A DNA stretch of 63,340 nucleotides, filler included, from Octopus bimaculoides (GCF_001194135.2; 5 parts of 5 records of this genome joined end to end with filler, not necessarily neighbours in it); one strand, 5' to 3'. Positions 1 through 12,450 are shown, counted from the first letter of the whole stretch. Notes: generated by a model not told the origin, from the sequence alone. Numbers and translations are program-made.

Positions 1-34
<34 letters not shown>

Positions 35-186
35 GGAGAAATTGTACAAAATGCATAAATGGATGATGAGTAAATCACCGGCACGGTTTCGATTCCCTGC
101 TGTTGTCCGTAGATTTACTTCGTAATGGTGCTTGGGGTAACAGTATTAATAAAATAGGAGATGGAATGTGTAATAGACCTTATTGG

Positions 187-228
187 GTACAACACATGTT
201 TCGACCCGCTCTAGGTCTCTTCGGGTAC
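187..228 (-). ncRNA. Minimal type I hammerhead-ribozyme-like motif of the kind carried by Penelope-like elements
   Basis: Minus strand reads GTAC-CCGAAGA-GACC(tagagcg)GGTC-GAAAC(atgt)GT-T-GTAC: 4-bp stems I and II, GAAA core, short stem III, GUU cleavage triplet. The core has CCGAAGA instead of CUGANGA. Confidence 0.55.
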
Positions 229-2841
229 ATCAATAAAATGTCTCACTAGAGATTTCTTAAGTCGGCTTACGTACCGCTATATGTCCATCAAATTCCAGAA
301 AGAGTAAAATGAAAAATTATTATTATTATCATTATTATTATATATTACTATATATATATATATACGTGCATACACTCAACCACACACACACACGCACGCA
401 CGCACACACACACACACACACAGACACACACACACATATACATATACTGAAAATACTTCACAAACTTTTACGCAGAATTTCTCGTAAGCGTTCGTCAGTT
501 TTAAGAAATATTCCCGACTGTCTGGTGATCAGTTGCGGGTGTCTTAGAATAATAGATTATGGTCTTTCTGGCTTCTATAAAATTCTATAAGTGAGTGTGT
601 GTGTGTACGTGTCTGTCTGCATGTGTGTGTGTGTGCGCGCGTGCGTATAGGGTCAACGTAATATTTTGAGAAGCAACATTTTTATATCTCAGATATTCTT
701 AACCATATAATCTCTCCTAGGTCACCGTCATCATCGTCATCATCATCATCTTTTTCATCATATTAATCATCATTGTCGTCATCATTATCATCATCATTAG
801 CGTCATCGTCATCATCTTCATCGTTCTTTTCATTATCGTCAATATCAACATCATCATCGTCATCATCATCGTCATCATATATATGTTTAATCATAATTCC
901 CCAGCTCTTACTTCCTGCCGCCATCTTTGTGATTATCATTTACCAGGTCGTTCAATTTACTGGAAATAGCAGTCAAATCGCACTCCAAACCAGCCCTAGC
1001 TAGCATATATTGAAGGCAACATACATCAGATTCTGTAGGCCCTGCATAAAAGCCAAATGACGAGATGACGACAAGTGGAATATCCTTAAATATAAATCTA
1101 ACCGATCGTTGTTGAACTTGGACTAACCAGTAAAAAGATCACTATTTGCTTATTATTCCCCTTCTTGTCCTCCATATATTACTTTGTCATATATTTCACC
1201 TCCTTCCTCCCTCCTAACAATACCCACTCCTTTTTTTTATTTGAGTCGTAAACCAATCAAAAATCAGCTAGGTTTCATAGAACCAGACATAAGCCAGTTT
1301 CTGTTGGCTTCTAATTAGCCAGTTACCAATAATACAGAGATTTCAAAGCCATTCGACCATTTCGTTTACATCGCATCTGTTTCTCTTGTTAATTAGATTT
1401 CTCAATAAACACACCTATTGATAAGCACTGAATCAGTGAACCGTGACATACAAGCACTGGCCATATGCTTTTGTAATATATTGTGGTATTGTTTTATTTT
1501 ATATTTCGACAATCATCTTTTTGTCTGACATTTCCTCGTTAAATATTATTGTCCATAATTTCAGTGAACTCACATGTATATACACACACGCACGCACACG
1601 CACATACACACACACACATACATATATACACATATAAACGCTTATATATATATATATATATGTACAGTTCACACACGCACGTAGGGATACATACATACAT
1701 ACATACATACATACATACATACATACATACATACAGGAAAATATTATTTTTCAAACAAGTAGAAGTATAAGGAAAAGGAAAGAAATTGAAAATGCACTTG
1801 GAGTTTTTCAGAAAATTTGCTTACATTCAGTTGGATTTATGCATACACAGAGATATGTTTATATTCATCGTATATATATACACACGAACCAACACGCAGG
1901 CACACACATAGGCACATACATATACAGAGATATGCACAAGAATATATATCTACATGTGTNNNNNNNNNNNNNNNNNNNNNNNNNNNNNNNNNNNNNNNNN
2001 NNNNNNNNNNNNNNNNNNNNNNNNNNNNNNNNNNNNNNNNNNNNNNNNNNNNNNNNNNNNNNNNNNNNNNNNNNNNNNNNNNNNNNNNNNNNNNNNNNNN
2101 NNNNNNNNNNNNNNNNNNNNNNNNNNNNNNNNNNNNNNNNNNNNNNNNNNNNNNNNNNNNNNNTATATATATATATATATACTAATGGGAGGAATAGAAA
2201 ATGGAATTCACGTGAGCCTGTATTAATCACAACGATCGTTTCGACCAGTCATGTAACGTTCCCTCGCGGATGAGATACTATACAACTGGGTATTGTGCAT
2301 CCTTCGGTGCAGATGTGTCTTGTCAGGTGATTTTTCAAAAGATATCTCGTTCAATAAACTTAGTTTCGCATGGTTCGATTATTCAGCATGTCGTTGTTTG
2401 CCTCTGGGTGGTTGCTTCCGAACTACATGGAATGGGTACAATTCATTTATCATATATACACAGTTAATGGGTCTACATATAGTTACTTTGAAATGAATGA
2501 CAAAAAAAAAAATAAAGATAAAAGAAAGATTAGCTTGATAGGTCTACACATTTTGACTTAAGCACACACATATGTAGTTACGCATATACACACCTAAGGT
2601 CTCTCGGAGAGACAGACAGACAGACACGTAGTTACAGATAAGTAGGTATCATCATGAAATCGAGTCATAAAATATAATGAAAATCTTATAGGCGAACAGA
2701 CACAGGACATCGGCAGGCCCCAGCTGTGAGTAGAATGCGGCAGCTGGACATCTCCACTTTGCATACACCCCGCTGGGCGGCGGACAGGCTTCAATATTCT
2801 GCGCATGGCTGAGCCGACGCGCTTTGGCAGTCATTTGATGT

Positions 2842-2920
<79 letters not shown>

Positions 2921-3106
2921 ATACAAGTAATATGTGAGTATATGCATATATACGTACATATATGTACATACCTACATCTACATGTATATATAGATGCATA
3001 TCTGGGTACAGGACGTTGCAAAAGGACGTGGACAAAATGATAAACGGAGTACAGAAAACACACAGGCCACATAGAGAACATTTCCTTCATCAGCTGCCAC
3101 CATTCT

Positions 3107-3228
3107 AAGCTTTGGTTGGCCCGAGGCTATAGTAGAAGACACTCGCCCAAGGTGCCACGCAGTAGGACTGAACCCGGAACTATGTGATTGGTTAGCAAGC
3201 TACTTACCACACAGCCACTACTGCGCCT
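3107..3228 (-). mobile_element. tRNA-derived SINE family A, 5' head
   Basis: Reverse complement matches the head of the full-length copy at 61244 (GGCGCAGtAGTGGCTGTGTGGTAAG...GTTCCGGGTTCAGTCC). Confidence 0.9.
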
Positions 3229-3301
3229 ATATATATTTATGTAATATAAACATCGCACACATCTCTCAAAGTAGATTTCGAATGACGTTATATCACACAT
3301 G

Positions 3302-3365
<64 letters not shown>

Positions 3366-4166
3366 CACACACACACACAATAGTATATATACAACCAAAA
3401 ATCACAAAGAAATATTAATATCAAGTTTGAAATATATCAATACACCTCAGTGATAGCGTTGTGTTTCAATTCTCAACTCACTTTTATAAAGCATTCTCTC
3501 AAGTACATTTTAATTTCTTCCAATTCATAATCGATGAAGTAACTAAGTGTTTTTAAACCGATACTTGTTCAGGAATTCTATTTTACGCCAATACTTGATG
3601 TCTAATTTGTTGTATAAAATGTGTTCTATTGGTTTAAAAACGTGTTACTCCGTATATTTCTTTCATAGATCTTCACGCAATACATCCTGATTGCTTCATT
3701 ATCAGAAACGGTGTGAGAATAAAGTTGAAGGATTTTGTCCGACATCTAAACATCAACCAACGCACATTCGTGCCTTTTCCTTGCATATTTTCACACCTTT
3801 TATCATTAATCATTAATCATTAAATAATTTCAATCATGGCACTACAGTCACCCTGGTGCACAGCTTTAAAGTGTCGACCCCAGACCCTTTTCTGATTTTT
3901 TTTCTTTTTTTTTTTTTATTATATCTTGTACTTCACAAACACGCGTAACCATAAAATAGTTCTCAGCGAGATTCACTTCAGCTCATCGAGCAAGGACCCA
4001 TGGCTGCCAATTGCTTTTGTCGCTGTCATAAAGATAGAATTAAACAAAGTTTAAACAGGATTATCATTAGCATTTCTTTCCGTTTTCTTTGTCATAATTT
4101 TTATAAACCATATCCGCTTCCGGTTACTTCCTTTGTTCTGCTGTCAATAATTTGAACTTGATGAAT

Positions 4167-4480
4167 GCACGTGGTTTAATGATTAGAGCATTCGGTTCGT
4201 TATCGTAAGGTCGTGAGTTTGATACCCAGCGGCACGTGTTGCCCTTAAGCAAGACTCTTTATTTCACGTTCCTGCAGTCCACTCAGGGGACAAAAATGAG
4301 TCGTATTTCAAGGGACCAGTCTTGTCACATTCTGTATCACGCTGTATCTCCCTGACAGCTACGTTAAGGTTACGCATGTCTGCGCAGTACTCAACCACTT
4401 GCACGTTCATTTCACGACATGGCTTTTCTGTTGATCGGATCAACTGAAACACTTTTCATCGTAGCTGACGGAATACCAGT
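4167..4480 (+). mobile_element. tRNA-derived SINE family B
   Basis: A/B-box-like head (GTGGTTTAATGATTAGAGC...GAGTTTGATACC); 3' half (CTTGTCACA...TTGCACGTT.ATTTCACG...GATCAACTG) is shared with 45295-45590 and 57783-58122. Confidence 0.85.
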
Positions 4481-5004
4481 ATTTAACTTGGAATATAAAG
4501 CCAAGAGTTTCGTTCCGAAACAACATCCTATGTTTTAGCATTTATTCCTCATTCGTCACAATATCACAAGTTTTTCTTTTTCGTTCTTCCTGCTGTACTG
4601 CATTGTTGAGTTATAATATTTGACAATGAATGGTAATCCTCCTTCTCTCTTAGGAATTGCCTTCATCTAAACGCGACTAAATATTTTGGTCTGCTGCTAT
4701 GTCTGTTCTTCCAATATTTCCCAAGAGCAGCTGACTTAATATTGTTTCTTCGTCATTATTTGTTGTTGTTCCTTTGTCATAAAATTTAGAAATATTTATT
4801 CCCACGTGGAAACGGGACTTCGATTAACTAATTCAGCAGAAAAAGAATGTGTTCGACGGTTATGTAAATCACAGAATATTTACGGACCCAGTCACAGCCG
4901 CACACACACACACACACACACACACATGAGCACACACACACACATACGCACATACACTCACATACGCACATACGCACATACGAAAGTAAAGGAACATATA
5001 CAGA

Positions 5005-5076
<72 letters not shown>

Positions 5077-5863
5077 GACAGAGACATACGAATACATTCA
5101 CATCATTTATCAATTTTCTCAAAGATTCCTTTTTATGAAAGAACACTTCAGATGCGATTACNNNNNNNNNNNNNNNNNNNNNNNNNNNNNNNNNNNNNNN
5201 NNNNNNNNNNNNNNNNNNNNNNNNNNNNNNNNNNNNNNNNNNNNNNNNNNNNNNNNNNNNNNNNNNNNNNNNNNNNNNNNNNNNNNNNNNNNNNNNNNNN
5301 NNNNNNNNNNNNNNNNNNNNNNNNNNNNNNNNNNNNNNNNNNNNNNNNNNNNNNNNNNNNNNNNNNNNNNNNNNNNNNNNNNNNNNNNNNNNNNNNNNNN
5401 NNNNNNNNNNNNNNNNNNNNNNNNNNNNNNNNNNNNNNNNNNNNNNNNNNNNNNNNNNNNNNNNNNNNNNNNNNNNNNNNNNNNNNNNNNNNNNNNNNNN
5501 NNNNNNNNNNNNNNNNNNNNNNNNNNNNNNNNNNNNNNNNNNNNNNNNNNNNNNNNNNNNNNNNNNNNNNNNNNNNNNNNNNNNNNNNNNNNNNNNNNNN
5601 NNNNNNNNNNNNNNNNNNNNNNNNNNNNNNNNNNNNNNNNNNNNNNNNNNNNNNNNNNNNNNNNNNNNNNNNNNNNNNNNNNNNNNNNNNNNNNNNNNNN
5701 NNNNNNNNNNNNNNNNNNNNNNNNNNNNNNNNNNNNNNNNNNNNNNNNNNNNNNNNNNNNNNNNNNNNNNNNNNNNNNNNNNNNNNNNNNNNNNNNNNNN
5801 NNNNNNNNNNNNNNNNNNNNNNNNNNNNNNNNNNNNNNNNNNNNNNNNNNNNNNNNNNNNNNN

Positions 5864-5893
<30 letters not shown>

Positions 5894-5897
<4 letters not shown>

Positions 5898-6061
5898 GAC
5901 GGACTGCTTTCAGCTTCCGTCTACCAAATCCACTCACAAGGCTTTAGTCGGCCCGAGGCTATAGTAGAAGACACTTGCCTAAGGTGTCACGCAGTGAGAC
6001 TGAACCTAGAACCATGTGGTTGATAAGCAAGCTACTTACCACACAGCCACTCCTGCGCCTA
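5894..6061 (-). mobile_element. SINE family A, 5' part
   Basis: High identity to 61244-61410 in reverse complement. Confidence 0.92.
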
Positions 6062-6332
6062 TGCATATAATTTATTTGATACTAATATTATTACTACGTG
6101 CAGAAGACTGCGAAACGGCTGTAACCCTAAGGATTTCAAATAGTTAAATAAACATATTCACCTCTCATAACTCCTATCTTTAAATACTTGTCATGAAATA
6201 ATTTCATTGATCGGATCCCCTTCATTTCATTTGCATGCAACTCCGCATTATACTCCTCTATATTAGATTACTATACCGGGTCTGTTAGACGAGCTTTCCG
6301 TGAGAGAAACACACTACGAATTTATATACATA

Positions 6333-6909
6333 TATAAGGTGCGATGGGTAAATTGTCGCCATTTTACATTTCTATTTGGCGCATGCATTTTGTTTGTTTT
6401 TGATTTTCTCGACTACTCATTATAGTACGGTCAGCTGGGCACCGTCTGTGAGAAAAAAAGCACCATGAAGCAATTCACTCTGCCAAAACTTTGGAAACGA
6501 CATGCTGTACTGCTTGGTATTCGTGCTGGAAGCTCCATTATGAACATTTCAGAGTATTTGAGTGTCAATCTCAGGACAATGTCAATTTGAGGACATGTAC
6601 CGAGAGTGATAAAAACCAGACATCCAGTCAACATCATGGTGTTTGGAGTGATCACAAGTAATGACGACGTTATGCCTCCATTCATCTTCTCACACGGTCT
6701 CAAATTCAACACGGAGACCTACATCAAGTGTCTTCAGGAGGCAATGATGCCCTGGGTGAAGGTGGTAGCTGCTGGAAGACTCTATGTCTAGCAACAGGAC
6801 TCATGCCACATAAGCAGGAGGACCCAGTCATGGCTGTCAGATAATTTCTGCGACCACACCACTCCTAACCTCTGGTCATCTAACTCCCCAGACTGCAACC
6901 CCCTTGATT
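6333..6909 (+). pseudogene. Internally deleted Tc1/mariner-superfamily transposon, maT/DD37D-like transposase remnant
   Basis: ATG at 6465 gives MKQFTLPKLWKRHAVLLGIRAG; after a stop, KTRHPVNIMVFGVITSNDDVMPPFIF...V*QQDS-CH...WSSNSPDCNPLD. There are 35 residues between the QQD and PLD aspartates, 37 if the usual AP dipeptide is restored. In-frame stops; truncated by a gap. Confidence 0.9.
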
Positions 6910-7626
6910 NNNNNNNNNNNNNNNNNNNNNNNNNNNNNNNNNNNNNNNNNNNNNNNNNNNNNNNNNNNNNNNNNNNNNNNNNNNNNNNNNNNNNNNNNNN
7001 NNNNNNNNNNNNNNNNNNNNNNNNNNNNNNNNNNNNNNNNNNNNNNNNNNNNNNNNNNNNNNNNNNNNNNNNNNNNNNNNNNNNNNNNNNNNNNNNNNNN
7101 NNNNNNNNNNNNNNNNNNNNNNNNNNNNNNNNNNNNNNNNNNNNNNNNNNNNNNNNNNNNNNNNNNNNNNNNNNNNNNNNNNNNNNNNNNNNNNNNNNNN
7201 NNNNNNNNNNNNNNNNNNNNNNNNNNNNNNNNNNNNNNNNNNNNNNNNNNNNNNNNNNNNNNNNNNNNNNNNNNNNNNNNNNNNNNNNNNNNNNNNNNNN
7301 NNNNNNNNNNNNNNNNNNNNNNNNNNNNNNNNNNNNNNNNNNNNNNNNNNNNNNNNNNNNNNNNNNNNNNNNNNNNNNNNNNNNNNNNNNNNNNNNNNNN
7401 NNNNNNNNNNNNNNNNNNNNNNNNNNNNNNNNNNNNNNNNNNNNNNNNNNNNNNNNNNNNNNNNNNNNNNNNNNNNNNNNNNNNNNNNNNNTGTGTGTGT
7501 GTGTGTATGATTGAGGGTGTTACAACACTTACACAGCTAGAAATAAGAGCTAAAGGGCTCTCTTACTGCTGTCAACGCACATAAATAGTATACATGCAGG
7601 TAGCGTCGGTGATCGCGGTATCTCTT

Positions 7627-7676
7627 TGCCGTACGGTTTCAGCCTGAGATCGAAAGCTTCGTCAGAAGGGTCGGCA
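7627..7676 (-). ncRNA. Hammerhead-core-like motif in a small CpG-rich island
   Basis: CTGACGA-AGCTT(tcgatctc)AGGCT-GAAAC-C-GT-A; the stem I arms TGCCG/CGGCA are offset by 6 nt, so the fold is imperfect. Confidence 0.25.
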
Positions 7677-9150
7677 CAACTCGCCAGATTCCGGACCACA
7701 TCGCCGCGAGTATATATGTCTACTCCATAAAAAGTGATGGATGATTTAGCGAATCTCTAATGTATGTACAAAATAATTGAGGCAGCTTGTTAGGAGAGTT
7801 TCACCAAAAAGGAAAACAATAATTGTCATTAAATATGATTGGGTGTGTTAGAAGAATTTTAATGACTAATTAGTGTCGTTGTTTCTATATATTATTTTAT
7901 GATTATAATTTGAAGGTGTTGATACCCATGTAATGGCAATAATATATTATTTGCTAGAAAATACTATTATAATCTTTTCCGTATCATTATTGGTAAGATT
8001 AAATATATACACATTATTATGAAATAAAAATTTGTAAAAATAAAAACATTGATTTAGCTTAAAAATATAAAACGAGAAGAATCGCCAATAGTTTGTGTGT
8101 ATTGATAAATATGTGTGTGTATATATATGAGTAGGTATGTATGTATGTTTGGCGAATAAAATTGGAAAATATATGTATAAAAATGATAGTGTATATATAC
8201 GTGTGTGTGTGTAGACACTAAATATGTATATACATACATATATACACACACACACTCATACATGTGTATGTATATGCGTGTGTGTGTCCGTATTGATATG
8301 TGTGTGTACGTATATTTAGATACAAATATCTCTATGTAGACACCGTGTGAATGAATTTATGTATGTGTAAACGGGTAAAGGCGAATAAATTTCTGCCCGT
8401 ATCATAAGAATCTCAATGACAATTAAAAGAGTTTGATGTGTTCCAGGATAATTGAAATTAAGTTTTAAGAGTGGACTGACAGGCAAGTTGATGTCCCAAT
8501 ACGGCAATGTGATGACCATCAATCATTTGAAGAAAAGCAATCATAGCCAATAGAAATAACGAATACTTCTAATCTATACCTTGAGATATAAAGAGACAAG
8601 CTAACGATAGAATAAAGACAGATTAGTAGTTTTGATTTAGTTTTATAGATTTGATTTTTGTAACCACTAACGAATTTTTGGTATTTTTGTTCTGCAATTT
8701 ATACTTTTTTTACCGCCATCATATATATATATATATATATATAACTCGTGTTGCCTTCACTCTATATATATAATTAGGTGACGATAAAATGTTAATTACT
8801 CAAAGCTATATATAACGATGAGAAACTGAACGTGAGCCACTCACCTGATGACAAGCCGGTGCATACCAGCTGCTCCTGGATCCTATATATTTATGTAATT
8901 AAGTATTGTAATAATTTATGTAATAGTTTGATATGCAAAACTCAACAACTAACAGCTGTTACCACTCTACTGAAACACTTGCTGTGTTTAGCAATTACAG
9001 CCTGTTCAAATTTTTATATTAAATTCTGCATACCCTAACAGCGTTCCACATGTGTATCAAGTGAAAGGAATAACCCTGCTGTATGAGGGCATATGGTAGC
9101 CGATAACTGTATAGGAGCTTTAAATGCACGTTATACTGTTATTACCTAGA

Positions 9151-9208
<58 letters not shown>

Positions 9209-9240
9209 TACAATATATATATGTGTATACAGACAGATAG

Positions 9241-9273
<33 letters not shown>

Positions 9274-9314
9274 TATAGGTATACGTATACAGATAGAGAN
9301 NNNNNNNNNGATAG

Positions 9315-9347
<33 letters not shown>

Positions 9348-9397
9348 TATAGGTATACGTATACAGATAGAGAGAGAGAGAGTGAGAGAGAGAGAGA

Positions 9398-9437
<40 letters not shown>

Positions 9438-10001
9438 ATGATGTATGCATATACAAACATATCTAAATGCCAAAGTGAATGGCAAGTTAATAATTGTAAA
9501 GTATTGAAGCAGCACTTGGTAATGTTTGTAAGATTTATAATGTAATAAGATGGTCTTTTTTGGGTTGTGTTTTAGTTGCTGTTTGTTACTGTCAAGAGAA
9601 TAGTTCGTTTGATATGACGTTCGTTATTGCACTGAAGGTAAAAACTGGTTAATGCTGTAGAAATATGCTTTCAGAAGAAGAAAATAAATGACAGCTCTAT
9701 GGAAGTTTGGGTTGTTTGATGAAGTAGAGTTTGGTCTTGTGTTTGTTGTTTGGGAAAGTTCAAGGTATTCCGGCTTGATGGAAGAAGGAATCTCGGAGGA
9801 AAAGCTGACAGAGGTGGGACGGGAAAAAGGAAAGGAGTAAGGGTAGAATGATAGAAGGAATGAATATGAATGGCGTATAGGAGGGAGCGAAGGAGGAAGG
9901 AGGGAAGGAAAGAAGGAAGGAAGGAGAAAATCGATTGGAATGAACATAACTAAGAAAATGACGATAGCAAATATCTATCTTTATGCGCGCTTGTGTGTGT
10001 A

Positions 10002-10033
<32 letters not shown>

Positions 10034-10077
10034 GCTAAGTATTCACAGTTGTAGATACACCCACATAGGCAAGTAAA

Positions 10078-10079
10078 TG

Positions 10080-10125
<46 letters not shown>

Positions 10126-10200
10126 AAGGCAGGCAGACAGACAGACAGACGGACGAACGGACGGACAGACAGTTAGACAGACATACAGACAGACAGACAG

Positions 10201-10259
<59 letters not shown>

Positions 10260-10314
10260 GACGGACAGACAGACAGACAGACAGCTAGATAGATAGATAG
10301 ATAGATAGACAGAC

Positions 10315-10388
<74 letters not shown>
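10078..10388. repeat. Compound tetranucleotide microsatellite (GATA/GACA/GACG)n
   Basis: Directly visible. Confidence 0.95.
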
Positions 10389-10393
10389 GTCCG

Positions 10394-10438
10394 TACATAC
10401 ACACACCTTCCGGCAGGTCCGGAAGGTGTGTGTATGTA
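10394..10438. other. Perfect 20-bp inverted repeat with 5-nt loop
   Basis: TACATACACACACCTTCCGG-caggt-CCGGAAGGTGTGTGTATGTA; the arms are exact reverse complements. Confidence 0.95.
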
Positions 10439-11064
10439 TGTACACTGAGAGGGAGGATGTCAGTAGCTTGCAGTCAAGTAGATAGATTGTTTAATTAATA
10501 TTACTATTAGATTGTTTTAATTAACATTTATGTATGTGTATTTATAGAATTATCCATTAATGAACCTAATTTTGGTCGTTTCCATTACTGCAGCATGTAT
10601 GTAATTGTATCAGTTATGTTCTAAATTAATGAAGATCACCAGATTTCAGTTATCAACCATATTACACTCTTTCTATGGAATGGTAGTAATACTGTCTGGT
10701 TCCAATAACGTTAAATAGTGTTAATCACTTTGGAAATGCAATTGGTCAAATTTTTAATCAAATGAAATCGTTCGATCTTCTTCACTTTTCTGTTGAACAA
10801 TCGAATAAAATCAATAAATAACTGCCACTTTATCGACACACTCTCTCGATGTTTCGTTTCTATTTTGCTTTCTTTCTTCTAGTGGAGTGGGAGAGAGACA
10901 CAAAATAACCATATCTGGTATTCTGTGAATCAAAGATGTCATCCGCAGAATAACAAACAAACAAACAATAGTTAAGCCAAATTTGGTGTATTTCATGTTT
11001 GAAACATTGTGAATTCTAACTAAGAATATTTAAACAGTTATTAAAATGGAAATTGATCCATGAC

Positions 11065-11225
11065 ATATATTTTTTACATTTGACGGATATTTATCCTCAT
11101 CTTGTTTGTTGTTATCACAACCTTTCGGATCATATACCCTCCAGCCTTCATCAGGTGTCCTCGGGGAATTTCGAACCTGAGTTCTCATTCCTAAGGTATT
11201 TTTCCGTTATTAGTATTATTATTAT
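11065..11225 (-). mobile_element. Retroelement 3' fragment carrying a degenerate hammerhead motif
   Basis: Minus strand GACAC-CTGATGA-AGGCTG(gagggtatat)GATCC-GAAA-GGTT-GTGAT, followed by a tail (ACAAACAAGATGAGG...TCCGTCAAATGTAAA) that I recall as an octopus repeat. Confidence 0.6.
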
Positions 11226-12213
11226 GTATATCGTGGACTAGTATATTACTGGTTATATTATATTACTGGTTGTAGTATATAACTGATCAATATGTTACCG
11301 TCGGTTTCGCACAGATGATTGCACTTGACAATATTGATGACTCTTTACCACCCTTTTTTCATGTTAAGTATATATANNNNNNNNNNNNNNNNNNNNNNNN
11401 NNNNNNNNNNNNNNNNNNNNNNNNNNNNNNNNNNNNNNNNNNNNNNNNNNNNNNNNNNNNNNNNNNNNNNNNNNNNNNNNNNNNNNNNNNNNNNNNNNNN
11501 NNNNNNNNNNNNNNNNNNNNNNNNNNNNNNNNNNNNNNNNNNNNNNNNNNNNNNNNNNNNNNNNNNNNNNNNNNNNNNNNNNNNNNNNNNNNNNNNNNNN
11601 NNNNNNNNNNNNNNNNNNNNNNNNNNNNNNNNNNNNNNNNNNNNNNNNNNNNNNNNNNNNNNNNNNNNNNNNNNNNNNNNNNNNNNNNNNNNNNNNNNNN
11701 NNNNNNNNNNNNNNNNNNNNNNNNNNNNNNNNNNNNNNNNNNNNNNNNNNNNNNNNNNNNNNNNNNNNNNNNNNNNNNNNNNNNNNNNNNNNNNNNNNNN
11801 NNNNNNNNNNNNNNNNNNNNNNNNNNNNNNNNNNNNNNNNNNNNNNNNNNNNNNNNNNNNNNNNNNNNNNNNNNNNNNNNNNNNNNNNNNNNNNNNNNNN
11901 NNNNNNNNNNNNNNNNNNNNNNNNNNNNNNNNNNNNNNNNNNNNNNNNNNNNNNNNNNNNNNNNNNNNNNNNNNNNNNNNNNNNNNNNNNNNNNNNNNNN
12001 NNNNNNNNNNNNNNNNNNNNNNNNNNNNNNNNNNNNNNNNNNNNNNNNNNNNNNNNNNNNNNNNNNNNNNNNNNNNNNNNNNNNNNNNNNNNNNNNNNNN
12101 NNNNNNNNNNNNNNNNNNNNNNNNNNNNNNNNNNNNNNNNNNNNNNNNNNNNNNNNNNNNNNNNNNNNNNNNNNNNNNNNNNNNNNNNNNNNNNNNNNNN
12201 NNNNNNNNNNNNN

Positions 12214-12250
<37 letters not shown>

Positions 12251-12269
12251 CATACGCCATGATAAATCA

Positions 12270-12450
12270 CTGGCCAGTAAACCTTTTTCTATTTTCTCTC
12301 CCTGTTTATTTCTGTGTTTCTTTCTGTCGAAGTGCGTAGGCTCGAAACGTAAAAGACTTTTTTCTTTTCCCGGGCGTTAAACTAATGCATCTGTTTGTTG
12401 TTTACACAACCGTCTTCGTCTTTTGTTTTGTCTTTTTGTAAATTCTCACT
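12270..12450 (+). mobile_element. Probable Penelope-type terminal fragment with a hammerhead-like motif at 12319-12356
   Basis: TCTTT-CTGTCGAA-GTGC(gtag)GCTC-GAAACGT-A-AAAGA: 5-bp stem I, palindromic ACGT stem III, variant core. Confidence 0.45.

Noticed and set aside
8840-8880. CTGATGA core-like sequence
   Set aside because: No stem II and no GAAA follow.
9236-9373. About 64-bp direct repeat either side of a 10-N gap
   Set aside because: Typical unmerged contig overlap.
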